From: Azolla caroliniana
Lineage: Eukaryota; Plantae; Polypodiophyta
Length of the DNA stretch: 30,130 nucleotides
Assembly (NCBI GenBank): GCA_043228905.1
Contig: JBHGNT010000379.1
Span: 1-30,130 of the forward strand
Reading direction: 5' to 3'
The first letter of the stretch is position 1. The number at the start of each line of letters is the position of its first letter. Both the position numbers and the translations under genes were made by a program. Positions 19,683 through 30,130 of the stretch are shown here, piece by piece. The notes under the pieces are model-generated. The model saw only the letters and a program-made list of their open reading frames with translations, ran no database searches and was not told the DNA's origin.

Positions 19683-21126
19683 ATGGAAAGACCTATAAAA
19701 GCCTCTAGTTGGGCTTGTGTAAGGGGGGCTCAATATGTGATATCACCAACACCATTATCATCAATATAATTATATTTGTCTTTATCATCTTCATATTTTT
19801 CTACTTCTCAAGTGCACAATTTTTCTTCTTCTCAAGTAAACCAATTTCATCTAATCTTACATTGATCATCATCTCTTTGATAATTCCGCGAACATCCTCC
19901 CCAGTCCAAGACCCCGGTGGTCACTCGAGTAGCACACGCACGCGTGAATCTTCGCGACAACGTAACCGTAGACACGAGTCTGAGCGGGATCGGATGGGTG
20001 ATCAACCAAGAGGATGACGTTGGCACGAGGTTCCGCATCCGGTTCGGCGCGAAGGTCCTCAGTGAGCGACAGTGAGGATACGCCCAGGTTAAACGCGAAC
20101 TCTGGGGTATCATTTCGGCGGTGAAGGCCGATAAAGACTACCTGATCGGGACAGAGGTCGTTGGACGAGACCAAGTCAAAATACGGATGCTGAAGAAGGC
20201 TCTCAACCGGACCTTCTCAATGAAAGACTTGGGTCCAGCAAGACAGATGTTGGGGATGCACATCATTCGGGACCAGTCAGTAAAGCAATTATGGTTGTCA
20301 TAGGAGAAGTATGTGACAAAGGTGCTTCACCGGTTCAACATGTTAGAGGCGAAACCGGTCGGATCGACACTTCCGGCAAACTGCAGGCTATCCGGTAAGC
20401 AAAGCTCGAAGATGAAAGCAGAGAAGGCGGATATGATGAAGATTCCATATGCCTCTGCTGTTGGGAGCTTGATGTACGCAATGGTGTGTACCCGACTGGA
20501 TATAGGATACGCAGTCGGAGTGGTGAGCCAGCTCATGAGCAATCCCGGCAAGGAGCACTGGAACGCGGTCAAATGGATACTCCGGTATTTGAAGGGCACT
20601 TCAAATATGTGTCTCCGATTAGGCTCCGGAAAGCCTCAACTGGACGGTTTAACCGATTCGGACATGTCGGCTGATGTGGATACCAGCCGGTCTACATCCG
20701 GGTATGTAATGACATATGCAGGGGGAGCTGTTTCGTGGCAGTCGAGGCTGCAGAAGACGGTTTCATTGTCAACCACAGAGGCGGAGTACATGGCAGCTGT
20801 GGAAGCCGGCAAGGAAATCTTGTGGATGAAGGACTTCATCGGAGAGCTCGGTATCCGGCAAGATGAATACCGACTCTATTGCGACAGTCAAAGTGCCATC
20901 CACCTTGCTAAGAATGCGGCCTACCATTCCCGGACGAAGCATATCTAGCGGAGATATCACTGGATCCAGGAAAAAGTAGATGACCAGGAGTTTGCGCTGA
21001 CGAAGATCCACACGACTGAGAATGGGTGAGATATTCTGACCAAGGTTCTGATACCCGACAAGCTGGATGCATGCCGGAAGCGAATCAGACTGATCAGACA
21101 CCCCATGCCGGAGTGAAGGGGGAGTT

Positions 21127-21882
21127 TGTTGGGAGACAGGTCCCTCCGGATGGGAAGGGAGAAGAACAGTGCCGATGAACAAACTCGGCCTCGGCCGAAA
21201 CCGGATGAGGAGTACCCGGCTACGGAGAGCCGGATGGTGCAGGCCCGGTGTGAACCGGATGAGGAGTACCCGGCTACGGAGAGCCAGATGGTGCAGGTCC
21301 GGTGTGAACCGGATGAGGAGTACTCGGCTACGGAGAGCCGGATGGTGCAGGCCCGGTGTGAACCGGATGAGGAACACCGGGCTACGGAGAGCCGGATGAC
21401 GCAGACCCGGTGCGAACCGGAGGAAGAGACATATTCGTAAATATGTTTCTAAGAGCCTATCGAGGCTACATTTGTAAATAGCCGAAAAGTCACATTAGTA
21501 TAAATATGACTTAGGGCAAACCTTCTTCAGTTAGTAGTTGTCATTTTTCTTGTTGGAGAAAAAAGAAGAGACAGTACGTAACGTTGTACAGAGAGAGAGA
21601 GAGAAAGAGGTCGCTGCCTCTGTTGTAACCGCCGCCTGTGGCGAAGATCGTGAGTCCGAGGTCATTGCCTCCGTGAACTCACTGTTTTTTGTACATTCTT
21701 ACATAGTGACAGTTTGCAGCCTGTGGGCTGTCGTGGTTTTTCCCCTAGTTTGGGGTTTTCCACGTAAACCTCCTGTGTATCTTCATCTTCTTTGTGTCGT
21801 GTTCTATTTCCCGTTTTCTGTGTATCATTCTAAGCTCGGTTGTGGCCGAGCGTTGCGCATAAGGAACGACCAATTCCCGTCA
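21127..21882 (+). repeat. 3' LTR of the truncated Copia (about 756 bp)
   Basis: TGTTGGGA...TCCCGTCA after the PPT; blocks homologous to the LTR at 24266 (TATAAATATGA, GGGGTTTTCCACG). Confidence 0.82.
21199..21426 (+). repeat. 54-bp tandem repeat, 4 full copies plus a partial, in the Copia U3
   Basis: AACCGGA recurs at 21199, 21253, 21307, 21361 and 21415. Confidence 0.92.
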
Positions 21883-22174
21883 TGTTGTTCACCTTGATTG
21901 TAATCAAGGTGCACCGAAGTATTTATACAAGAATGTGGTGGTATGCATGTAAGCTAGGAAACAACTAGAGAATGCATGGAAACTTCTAGAGAGTGCATGT
22001 CTATGCATTCTCTAGAAGTTTCTTGAAAGTTTTAGTGATTAACTTACATTGTAATAAGTTGAAACTTATAGAATACAATAATGCATAGATGGAATGTAGC
22101 TCAATTGGTAAGGTTACCTAATAAGACCAAGATGTCATGGGTTCGACCCTCTACATTCCATCGTGTCTATGACA
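21883..22174 (-). repeat. 3' LTR (probably interrupted) of the chromovirus
   Basis: Minus strand PPT AGAGGGAGGATAA then TGTCATAG; TCTAGA-rich repeats; TATAAATA at 21927-21920. Left end uncertain. Confidence 0.75.
22090..22160 (+). other. tRNA-like sequence inside the chromovirus LTR (antisense to the element)
   Basis: TGGAATG/CATTCCA acceptor-like stem, A-box TAGCTCAATTGG, B-box GGTTCGACCC; no convincing anticodon arm. Confidence 0.6.
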
Positions 22175-24265
22175 TTATCCTCCCTCTAAGGCCACCTCTC
22201 GGGACTCGCGACTGGCTTATGTGGGTATCGTTGATGAAAATGTGAATGGCCTCTAGGGCATTTTGTAAATGTGTAACTAGTTCCCATGTGGCGTCCGAAA
22301 TGGGGTAACCTTTCCATAAGACCAAATATTGGAGTTGTCGACGACGATATCAAGAGTCGAGGATTTGGTCAACCTCATTTTCTTCACCCGTCGACAATTC
22401 CACAGGTGTGGTGGAGGAGGGTGTCGTCCTGGAATTCGAGAAGGATGGTAGAGTTCGAGGAGGAAGACGTGAAAAACATCGTGAATCCTGAATGTTGGAG
22501 GAAGTGCTAACCGGAACGCGACTGGGTTGATCCGCTCGATGATACGAAAGGGGCCTAGTCTTTTGTAGTCCAATTTTGCACAAGGATGTGTGGTGGCGAT
22601 GTGATGACGTAATTGCCAAACCATGTCCCCGATTGCAAACATCGGTGCAACTAAGCGATGTCGGTCCGCTTGATATTTATAGTGGTCACCAACAACACGG
22701 AGCTCCAAGGAGAGGTCACGATGGATATCGTGTAAAGCGCGGGCACACGTCTCTACTGAAGGATTGACCGAAGTTGCAGGTATGGAAATGCTGAAACGAG
22801 GGTGAAATCCATAGTTTGCAAAGAAGGGGGAAACCTTAGTCGAAGCATGGATACTATTATTGTAAGCAAATTCCGCCATTGCAAGGAAGTCCACCCAATC
22901 CTCCTGTTGGTAGCTCACGGTACACCGAAGGTATTGTTCGAGGATTTGGTTGACTCGCTCCGTTTGTCCATCAGTTTGAGGATGGTATGTTGAGGACAAG
23001 TTGACAGAAGTCCCGAATGTTTGTAGAAGTCGTCACCAAAAGTGGGAAATGAATTGAGAACCTCGATCAGAGGTGATATCCTCGGGTAAGCCTTGTAATC
23101 GAACAACATTTTTAAGAAAAAGATCAGCTGTCTCTTCCCCGGAAATGGCTTTGGAACATGGAACAAAGTGAGCCATCTTCGAAAACCGATCGACAAGGAC
23201 TAGCATCGTGTCATGTCCACCAACCATAGGGAGGTCGGTGATAAAGTCCATGGATAGAGAGACCCATGGTTGACGTGGAACGGGGAGCGGGCGGAGAAGA
23301 CCATATGGTCGATGGTGAGGCGTTTTGGACCGAGCACATACATCACATGTCTTGATAAATTCCTTGGCAAATTTCCAAGGTTGGGACCACCAAAACCCTC
23401 GAGATAGCAATTCCAGGGCTTTTGTAACCCCAAAGTGGCCGGCAAGAGGATCATCATGACAGTTTTGTAGAACCCGTGTACGACATGATCCTTCGGGAAC
23501 GTACAAGAGATGATTACAATATAATAAACCATCCTGGGTTGTAAATTGGTTGAGATATGAGCTTTTCATGTCAGGAGATCGGTCATTAATGCGACGCATG
23601 ATTTCTTTTACGAATGGGTCTGACACGGTTGCCGCGGCGATCTCGTTAACCAAAGAATCATCATGCAGGTGGCAAACATCTGAAGTTGATCGATCCGCAA
23701 CAAACAATGGAATTGTTGTGAATATGCATCATCTCCTAGGCGCAATGAAAAATTAGGTCGTCGAGAGAGGGCATCAGCTTTCCCATGTTGAACTCTGAGT
23801 CGAAACAAGATCTCAAAGTCGTAGTCGGCGAGAAAAGATGACCATCGGGCTTGCCTCCAATTCAATGTACGACTGGTGGTGAAGTAAATTAGATTTTTGT
23901 GGTCGGTTAGCACCTGGATAGGATGTTGGGCCCTAGCCAAATAGGGTCGCCATTCGGTGAAGGCAGATATGATTGTTGCCAACTCCTTGTTGTAGACTGG
24001 ATAATTGATTTCCAAGGCGGTAAACTTCCAAGAGTAGAAGGCAACAGGACGTAGTGTGCCCTCGTCGTTTGGTTGGGATAGGATAGCTCCAATGGCAAAG
24101 TTAGAGGCATTGGTTTCGACTTGGAAGGGCCTTGTGGGGTCAAGGTGGACCAACACTGGGGTTGTGAGAAAAGCTGCCTTGAGGGCATCAAAAGCATGTT
24201 GCGCCACAAAGGTCCAAAGAAATGGAGTATCTTTTCTTGTAAGGAGGATTAGATGTTGAACTAAA
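22175..24265 (-). pseudogene. pol: Chromovirus (Tcn1-like) pol 3' half: RNase H, integrase, chromodomain
   Basis: QVETNASNFAIGAIL, TDHKNL, HDDPLAGHFG..CDVC, SMDFITDLP, SDRGSQF, HPQTDGQTERVN, LGPF; chromodomain EVDQILDS..LQYLVLWKGY..ATWE near 22230-22385. Several frameshifts. Confidence 0.9.
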
Positions 24266-24837
24266 TGTTAGGATTTCGGTCCCTCTGGATGGGATACAAG
24301 TACCCGGCAACAGAAGACCCGGTGAGAACCGGATGACGCAGGCTCGGTGAGAACCTCTCACCGGATGAAGGGACATATATGGAAATATGTTTCTGAGAGC
24401 CCTTTGTGGCTATATTTGTAAAAAGCTCGAAATTCATATTAGTATAAATATGATCTAGGGCAAACAAGAGTTGTGTATTATTGAGTTGTCATTATTTGTT
24501 GTATAGAGTTATTGGTGTAACTACTGTACAAAGCGTAGCAGCTGGAAAGAGAAAGAGAGACAGAGTGAATCTCTGTTGTAACCGCCACCAGGCAAAGACT
24601 GTGAGCACGAGGTCATTGCCTCTGTGCTCCCCTGTTGTATTCTCCTTACATAGTGATAGTTTGGACTCTGTGGGCTCCCATGGTTTTTTTCCCGTTTGGG
24701 GTTTTCTACGTTAACTTCTTGTGCATTCTCTTCTGTTTGTGTACTTACTTCCATTTCTCCATTTGTATTGTGTATGATTATCATTAAGTTATCTAAGTCT
24801 CGGTTGTGGCTGAAGATTATTCTGCATATTCTCTTCA
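24266..24837 (+). repeat. Copia 5' LTR
   Basis: TGTTAGG...CTCTTCA; about 34 substitutions versus the 3' LTR by manual count (about 94% identity). Confidence 0.96.
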
Positions 24838-24840
24838 AAC

Positions 24841-24852
24841 TGGTATCAGAGC
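24841..24852 (+). promoter_or_regulatory. PBS tRNA-iMet
   Basis: TGGTATCAGAGC, 3 nt after the LTR. Confidence 0.95.
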
Positions 24853-24868
24853 GAAACGACACAGAAAA

Positions 24869-27800
24869 ATGGAAGATTTGTTGGGAGGCATGTTCAAGCT
24901 CACTGGCTCCAACTACTCAGTGTGGAAGTCGAAGATTAGGGACATGCTCGTTGTTAAAGATCTTTGGTTGTCGGTTCAGTTCGGGGATTAGAGACCAGAC
25001 AAGATCGATGCCACGATATTGGAGGTGATGCACATGAAGACAACGGCGTACATATGGTGCATTATCAACATGAGCCCGTACAACAACTTCAATGAAGAGA
25101 CCAAGGCTCATGAGCTCTGGGAGAAGACCAACATTATGTTTCAGAACAAAAATGTTGTTAATCGGGTTTCAGTATTTTGGAAGCTAGTGAGGCACCGGTA
25201 CCAAGATGGCTCCAGTATGGCGGAGCACATGAATGCCTTCTAGGGGCTGATTCACCAGGCAACCTCATTGGAAGTACCTCTCACCGATGAGGTACTTGCT
25301 CTACTCCTGCTCAATTCCCTCTCAGATAGCTGGGAGACGTTAGTTGTCACGTTGGGCAACGCCGGGCCGGAAGGAAAACAGTTATCCCTAGCAAGAGACA
25401 AGTCGAGCTTGCTAGATGAGGAGGCGTGTCAGAAAGATAAGGATACGAGCTCTGACTCCAAAGCGTTCCTTACCGAATCGGAACACAGAAGACAAAGGAA
25501 TCGGAGTCCCCAGAATCGGGAAAAGTCAGGGACACGGTCAAAGTCAAGGGGAAGGCCCACTTGCTTCTCCTGTGGGAAGCCGAGGCACTTCCAGAAGAAC
25601 TGTCGGCATTTCCAGAAAGACAAGGAAATCGACAATACCGATTCGAAGCGGTCACCGGATAGGAATGACAAAGATCGGAGAGGACCGGACCGGAAGGGAA
25701 TGACGGCAATCACGGCAAGTGAAGAAGAGTTGATGCTCATCACCGAGGAGACTGAGTTGAACCTTGCCGGCGATGAAACAACGTGGGTTGTTGATTCCGG
25801 AGCGTCATTCCATCTTACCCCGGACCGGAAATGCTTCTCATCCTACACAGCCGGTGAGCACGACTGTGTCCAGATGGGGAATGAAGGTACATGCCGAATT
25901 GTCGGCATAGGAGACGTGTGGCTGACAACACCAACCGGATGCAAGCTGTTGTTGAAGGATGTTCGACACATTCCGGAGGTTCGACTGAACCTGATATCAG
26001 CCGGTCGGCTAGATGACGAAGGCTACACGGGTACCATTCGGAACGGTGTCATGAGGTTCTACAAAGGGAGCCTAATAGTGGCTCGAGCCCGGAAGGTCAA
26101 CACATTGTACTTGATGAATGCTCGGATATGTCCGGAAGAAGTGAACGTGGCATCCGACACTGCCGGTGAGCTGTGGCACAAGAGACTGTGTCACATGAGC
26201 GAGAACGGGATGAAGAGGCTTGCCGATGACAACCTCATTCCGGTGAAAGACGTGCATCTTGAGAAGTGCACCGACTGCCTGGCCGGTAAGCAAAACTGGA
26301 CCTCCTTCCACTCAAGGCCACCGATGAGACGTAATGCACCACTGGAGCTGGTGCATACCGATGTGTGTCAAGTGGACACGAAGTCACATGCCGGATCGCA
26401 GTACTTCATGACGTTCATAGACAACCACAGCCGGAAGCTGTGGGCCACACTGTTGAAGACGAAGGATCAAGTGTTATCCGTCTTCAAGGAGCTCCACACA
26501 AGAGTGGAAAGAGAAACCAGCCGGAAGCTGAAGGCGGTTCGAGCAGATAATGGAGGCGAATACCGGGGGCAGTTCGAGGAGTATTGACGCTCAAAGGGAA
26601 TCCGACTCGAATTTATCGTACCGAAGACGCCCGAACTAAACGGGCTGGCCAAGAGGATGAAACGGACCATAATGGAGAGGGTTCGGAGTATGCTAGCACA
26701 TGCAAAGTTACCCAAGACGTTTTGGGTTGAGGCGCTGGCGACAACGACGTACGTGATAAATAGATCACCCTCAGTACCCTTGGATGGAGACACGCCGCAG
26801 AGAGTGTGGACCGGTAAGGAAGTGTCTTACCGACATTTGAAGGTTTTCGGGTATCTCGCTTACGTGCATGTTGCAAAGGACCGGAGAGCAAAGTTGGATC
26901 CAAAGTCCCGGCCTTGCATATTCCTCGGATACGGCGATGATGAGTTCGGCTACTTAGTGTGGGATCCGGTCGACAAGAAGGTTTTTCGGAGTCGAGATAT
27001 TATCTTCATGGAGGACAAGACCCTTGCCGGCTGGGAGTCAGAGAAGAAGAAAATGAACTCCAAGTCGACCGGTAAGGATCAGTTCAATGAGATATGGACC
27101 TACCCGTCTAAGAGCCAGTTGACACTCGAAGAACCGGCCGGTTACAGCGAGGACACCGCACCGGCAGAAGAAGAAGAAGAAGCAGAAACCGGAACCAGCC
27201 AAGACCCCGAATCGGATTCGGATGAAGAACAAACAGAGGAGTTGGTTGCTGAAAGCCAAGGATGGAGATATCCTCTCAAAGACAGAAGGCCCCCCTGGAG
27301 ATTTCCGGATCCACATCATGTACCGCTAACCGATGAGGGGGGGCCTGAAAGCTTCAAAGAATCGAAGGATGACACCCATAGCCGCAAGTGGTTAAGTGCC
27401 ATGCAGGACAAGATGGATTCCCTGCATGAGAACTACACGTATGAATTGGTGGAGTTGCAGAAAGGAAAGAGGGCACTCCGAAACAAGTGGGTGTATAAGT
27501 TGAAACCGGGAGATGCCGGCAACCCCCCAAGGTACAAAGCCAGGATCGTGGTGAAGGGATTCCAGCAGAAGAAGGGAGTGGACATCGACGAGATATTTGC
27601 CCCGGTAGAAAGATGACTTCCATCCGAACGGTACTGAGCATAGCGGCAAGCATGAATCTCGAGGTAGAGCAGTTAGACATGAAGACGGCGTTCCTTTACG
27701 GTGACCTTGAAGAGGAGATCTACATGCAACAATCGGAAGGATTTGTGTAGAAAGGGAAGGAGCACCTAGTTTTCCGGTTGAAGAAGAGCCTATACGGACT

Positions 27801-28837
27801 AAAGCAGGCTCCCTAGCAATGGTACCGGAAATTTGACTCCTTCATGACCGACCAAGGGTACCACAAGACGCAGGCCGATCACTGCGTATTTGTGAAGAAG
27901 TTCGAAGGTGGAGACTTCCTAATACTCCTCCTGTATGTGGACGACATGTTGATCGTCGAACGAGACCTAGTCAAGATACGGATGCTGAAGAAGGCTCTGA
28001 ACCGGACCTTCTCAATGAAAGACTTGGGTCCGGCAAGACAGATATTGGGGATACCTATCATCCGAGACTAGTCAAAGAAGCAATTGTGGCTATCACAGGA
28101 GAAGTACGTGACAAAGGTGCTTCAGTGGTTCAACATGTCAAATGCTAAACCGGTCCGATTGACACTCCCGACAAACTACAAGTTATCCGGTAAGCAAAGC
28201 CCGAAGACGAAGGCAGAGAAGGCGGATATGATTAAGATACCATATGCCTCTGCCATCGGGAGCTTAATGTACGCAATGGTGTGTACCTGACCGGATATTA
28301 GATACGCAGTCGGAGTGGTGAGCCAATTCATGAGGAATCCTGACAAGGAGCACTGGAATGCGGTAAAATGGATACTCTGGTACTTGAAAGGCACCTCAAG
28401 TATGTGTCTCTGATTCGACTCCGGTAAACCCCAACTTGACAGTTTCACCAATTCAAATATGTCAGCTGATACGGATACCAGCCGGTCAACATCCGGATAC
28501 GTCATGACATATGTAGGGGGAGTTGTTTCGTGGCAGTAGAGGTTGCAAAAGAGGGTTGCGTTGTCAACCACGGAGGCAGAGTACATGGCGGTTGTGGAAG
28601 CTAGCATGGAAATACTATGGATGAAGGACTTCATCGAAGAGCTCGGGATCCGGCAAGATGAATACCGGCTCTATTGCGATAGTCAAAGTGCCATCCACCT
28701 TGCGAGGAACGTTGCCTATCATTCTAGTAGGACAAAGCACAATTGGGTCAGATATGCTAACCAAAGTACTAACACCCGACAAGCTAGATGCATCCAAGAA
28801 GAGGATCGGATTGACGAAGCATCCCATGCCGGAGTGA
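24869..28837 (+). pseudogene. Copia gag-pol pseudogene
   Basis: CFSCGKPRHFQKNC knuckle, WVVDSGAS protease, WHKRLCH..CTDC, VHTD, ADNGGEY, YKARIVVKGF, LYVDDML, STTEAEY. Many premature stops; deletion near 28740. Confidence 0.94.
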
Positions 28838-28845
28838 AGGGGGAG
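28831..28845 (+). promoter_or_regulatory. Copia polypurine tract
   Basis: GGAGTGAAGGGGGAG before the 3' LTR. Confidence 0.88.
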
Positions 28846-28847
28846 TT

Positions 28848-29419
28848 TGTTAGGATTTCGGTCCCTCCGGATTGGATACAAGTACCCGGCAATGGAAGAC
28901 CCGGTGAGAACTGGATGATGCAAGCCCGGTGAGAACCTCTCACCGGATGAAGGGACATATATGGAAATATGTTTCTGAGAGCCCTTTGTGGCTATATTTG
29001 TAAAAAGCCCGAAAGTCATATTAGTATAAATATGATCTAGGGCAAACAAGAGTTGTGTATTATTGAGTTGTCATTATTTATTGTATAGAGTTATTGGTGT
29101 AACTACTATACAAAGCGTAGCAGTTGGAAAGAGAAAGATAAACAGAGTGAATCTCTGTTGTAACCGCCGCCAGGCGAAGACTGTGAGCACGAGGTCGTTT
29201 CCTCTGTGCTCCCCTATTGTATTCTCCTTTCATAGTGATAGTTCGAAGTCTGTGGGCTCCCGTGGTTTTTTTCCCGTTTAGGGTTTTCCACGTTAACATC
29301 CTGTGCATTCTCTTCTGTTTGTGTACTTACTTCCATTTCTCCATTTGTACTGTGTTTGATTATCATTAAGTGATCTAAGTCTCAGTTGTGGCTGAAGATT
29401 ATTCTACATATTCTCTTCA
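28848..29419 (+). repeat. Copia 3' LTR
   Basis: Direct repeat of 24266-24837. Confidence 0.96.
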
Positions 29420-30130
29420 CTAAAGACGAACAACCATTGATAAATCATCGATAGAAATTTGCAAAACCAAGGAATGATTGTACCTCTTTCAACCGAGTAG
29501 GGGTAGGCCAATCGGTGATTGTCGCCACTTTGCGTGCATCCATTGTGATTCCGGAGGGTGAAATCACGTAGCCTAGGAATTCTACAAAGGTCCGATCAAA
29601 TTCACATTTCTCACTTTTGGCGTAAAGTCCATGTTCCCGAAATTTGGATAGGACCAATCAGACATGTCGGGTGTGCTCCTCTATGTTGGAAGAAAAAACT
29701 AAATTGTCATCAAGGTAGATCACCACGAAGTGATCGAGATACTCTGGAAATATATTGTTCATCATGTGTTGAAAGACCACATGGGCATTGGTGAGACCAA
29801 AAGGCATCATCTTGTACTCGAAATGTCCATAGCATGTTCGGAAGGCCATTTTCCACTTGTCTCTTGGCTTGATACGCACCAGATTGTAGGCTCCCCAAAG
29901 GTCGATTTTGGAGAAGATATGGCCGGTTCGAAGTCGGTCAAGAAGTGTTGGAATTAAAGGAAAGGGGTAACAATTAGGTACCGTAATTTTGTTGAGACCC
30001 CGATAATCCACACATAGGCGTAATGAGTCGTCCTTCTTCTTGACAAATAAGATTGGGTCTCCAACTGGTGATTTGGAGGGTTGAATGAAGCCCTTAGCGA
30101 GGTTTTCATCCAGATATGTGTGAAGGGCCT
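29420..30130 (-). pseudogene. pol: Chromovirus RT (upstream part of the element at 21883-24265)
   Basis: [40 protein letters not shown]. Rejoining across the TSD gives FINGCSSLVQHLILLTRKDTPFLW. Confidence 0.93.

Larger units (their letters stand above)
19313..19959 (+). mobile_element. Solo LTR (J, 647 bp) with 4-bp TSD ACGT
   Basis: TGTCGTGA...TCGCGACA; ACGT at 19309-19312 and 19960-19963. Removing the LTR plus one ACGT restores ATT TAC GTA ACC GTA GAC ACG (IYVTVDT). TATA-like CCTATAAAA near 19692. Confidence 0.92.
16095..20161 (+). mobile_element. Ty3/Gypsy copy I, degenerate (LTR tip, PBS, deleted gag, PR, RT, part of RNase H)
   Basis: LTR tip ..AACAACGCGACA ends at 16114; gag ATG at 16159; about 0.6-kb gag deletion near 16186; interrupted by solo LTR J; ends at YLIGTEV. 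Confidence 0.92.
20158..21882 (+). mobile_element. Ty1/Copia 3' fragment (RT end, RNase H, PPT, 3' LTR)
   Basis: PYASAVGSLMYAMVCTR, SDMSAD..STSGY, LSTTEAEY, CDSQSAIHLAKN..HSRTKHI; PPT GGAGTGAAGGGGGAG. Confidence 0.93.
24266..29419 (+). mobile_element. Full-length degenerate Ty1/Copia (Tnt1/Tork-like) with TSD CTAAA
   Basis: Two 572-bp LTRs; CTAAA at 24261-24265 and 29420-29424; Met PBS; PPT; gag-PR-IN-RT-RH domain order. Confidence 0.96.

Noticed and set aside
21199-21426. CRISPR-like periodicity and repetitive 104-aa ORF
   Set aside because: Units are contiguous with no unique spacers and no cas genes; the ORF stays open only because 54 is a multiple of 3.
21883-21887. TGTTG as the Copia TSD or as the true chromovirus LTR end
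   Set aside because: The Copia left flank is deleted and the partner LTR is outside the window, so neither reading can be verified.
22090-22160. Functional tRNA gene
   Set aside because: No pairable anticodon arm and a weak T-stem; kept only as a tRNA-like element.

Overview
Eukaryotic repeat DNA, most likely from a non-seed land plant (moss/fern-like; inferred only from the element lineages). No host gene is visible: the window is a nest of retrotransposons. Positions 1-20161 hold pieces of about ten insertions of one Ty3/Gypsy family without a chromodomain. That family has LTR ends TGTCG..CGACA, a tRNA-Trp primer site, and a gag-protease ORF followed by RT-RNaseH-IN in the -1 frame; the copies sit inside each other and in a LINE remnant. 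Positions 20158-21882 are a truncated Ty1/Copia. Positions 21883-30130 are a chromodomain-bearing (Tcn1-like) Gypsy on the minus strand, split by a full-length degenerate Copia (24266-29419, TSD CTAAA). The most unusual signals concern the Trp-primed family: (i) 4-bp target sites almost always centred on CpG; (ii) a conserved GGAUUUU plus putative pseudoknot -1 frameshift signal placed after the protease; (iii) a D-H-G protease motif; (iv) a fixed-spacing U5 motif complementary to the primer's T-arm. tRNA-like Pol III promoter modules also lie inside the LTRs of two unrelated Gypsy lineages, one of them mirror-symmetric. All alignments and counts were done by eye.
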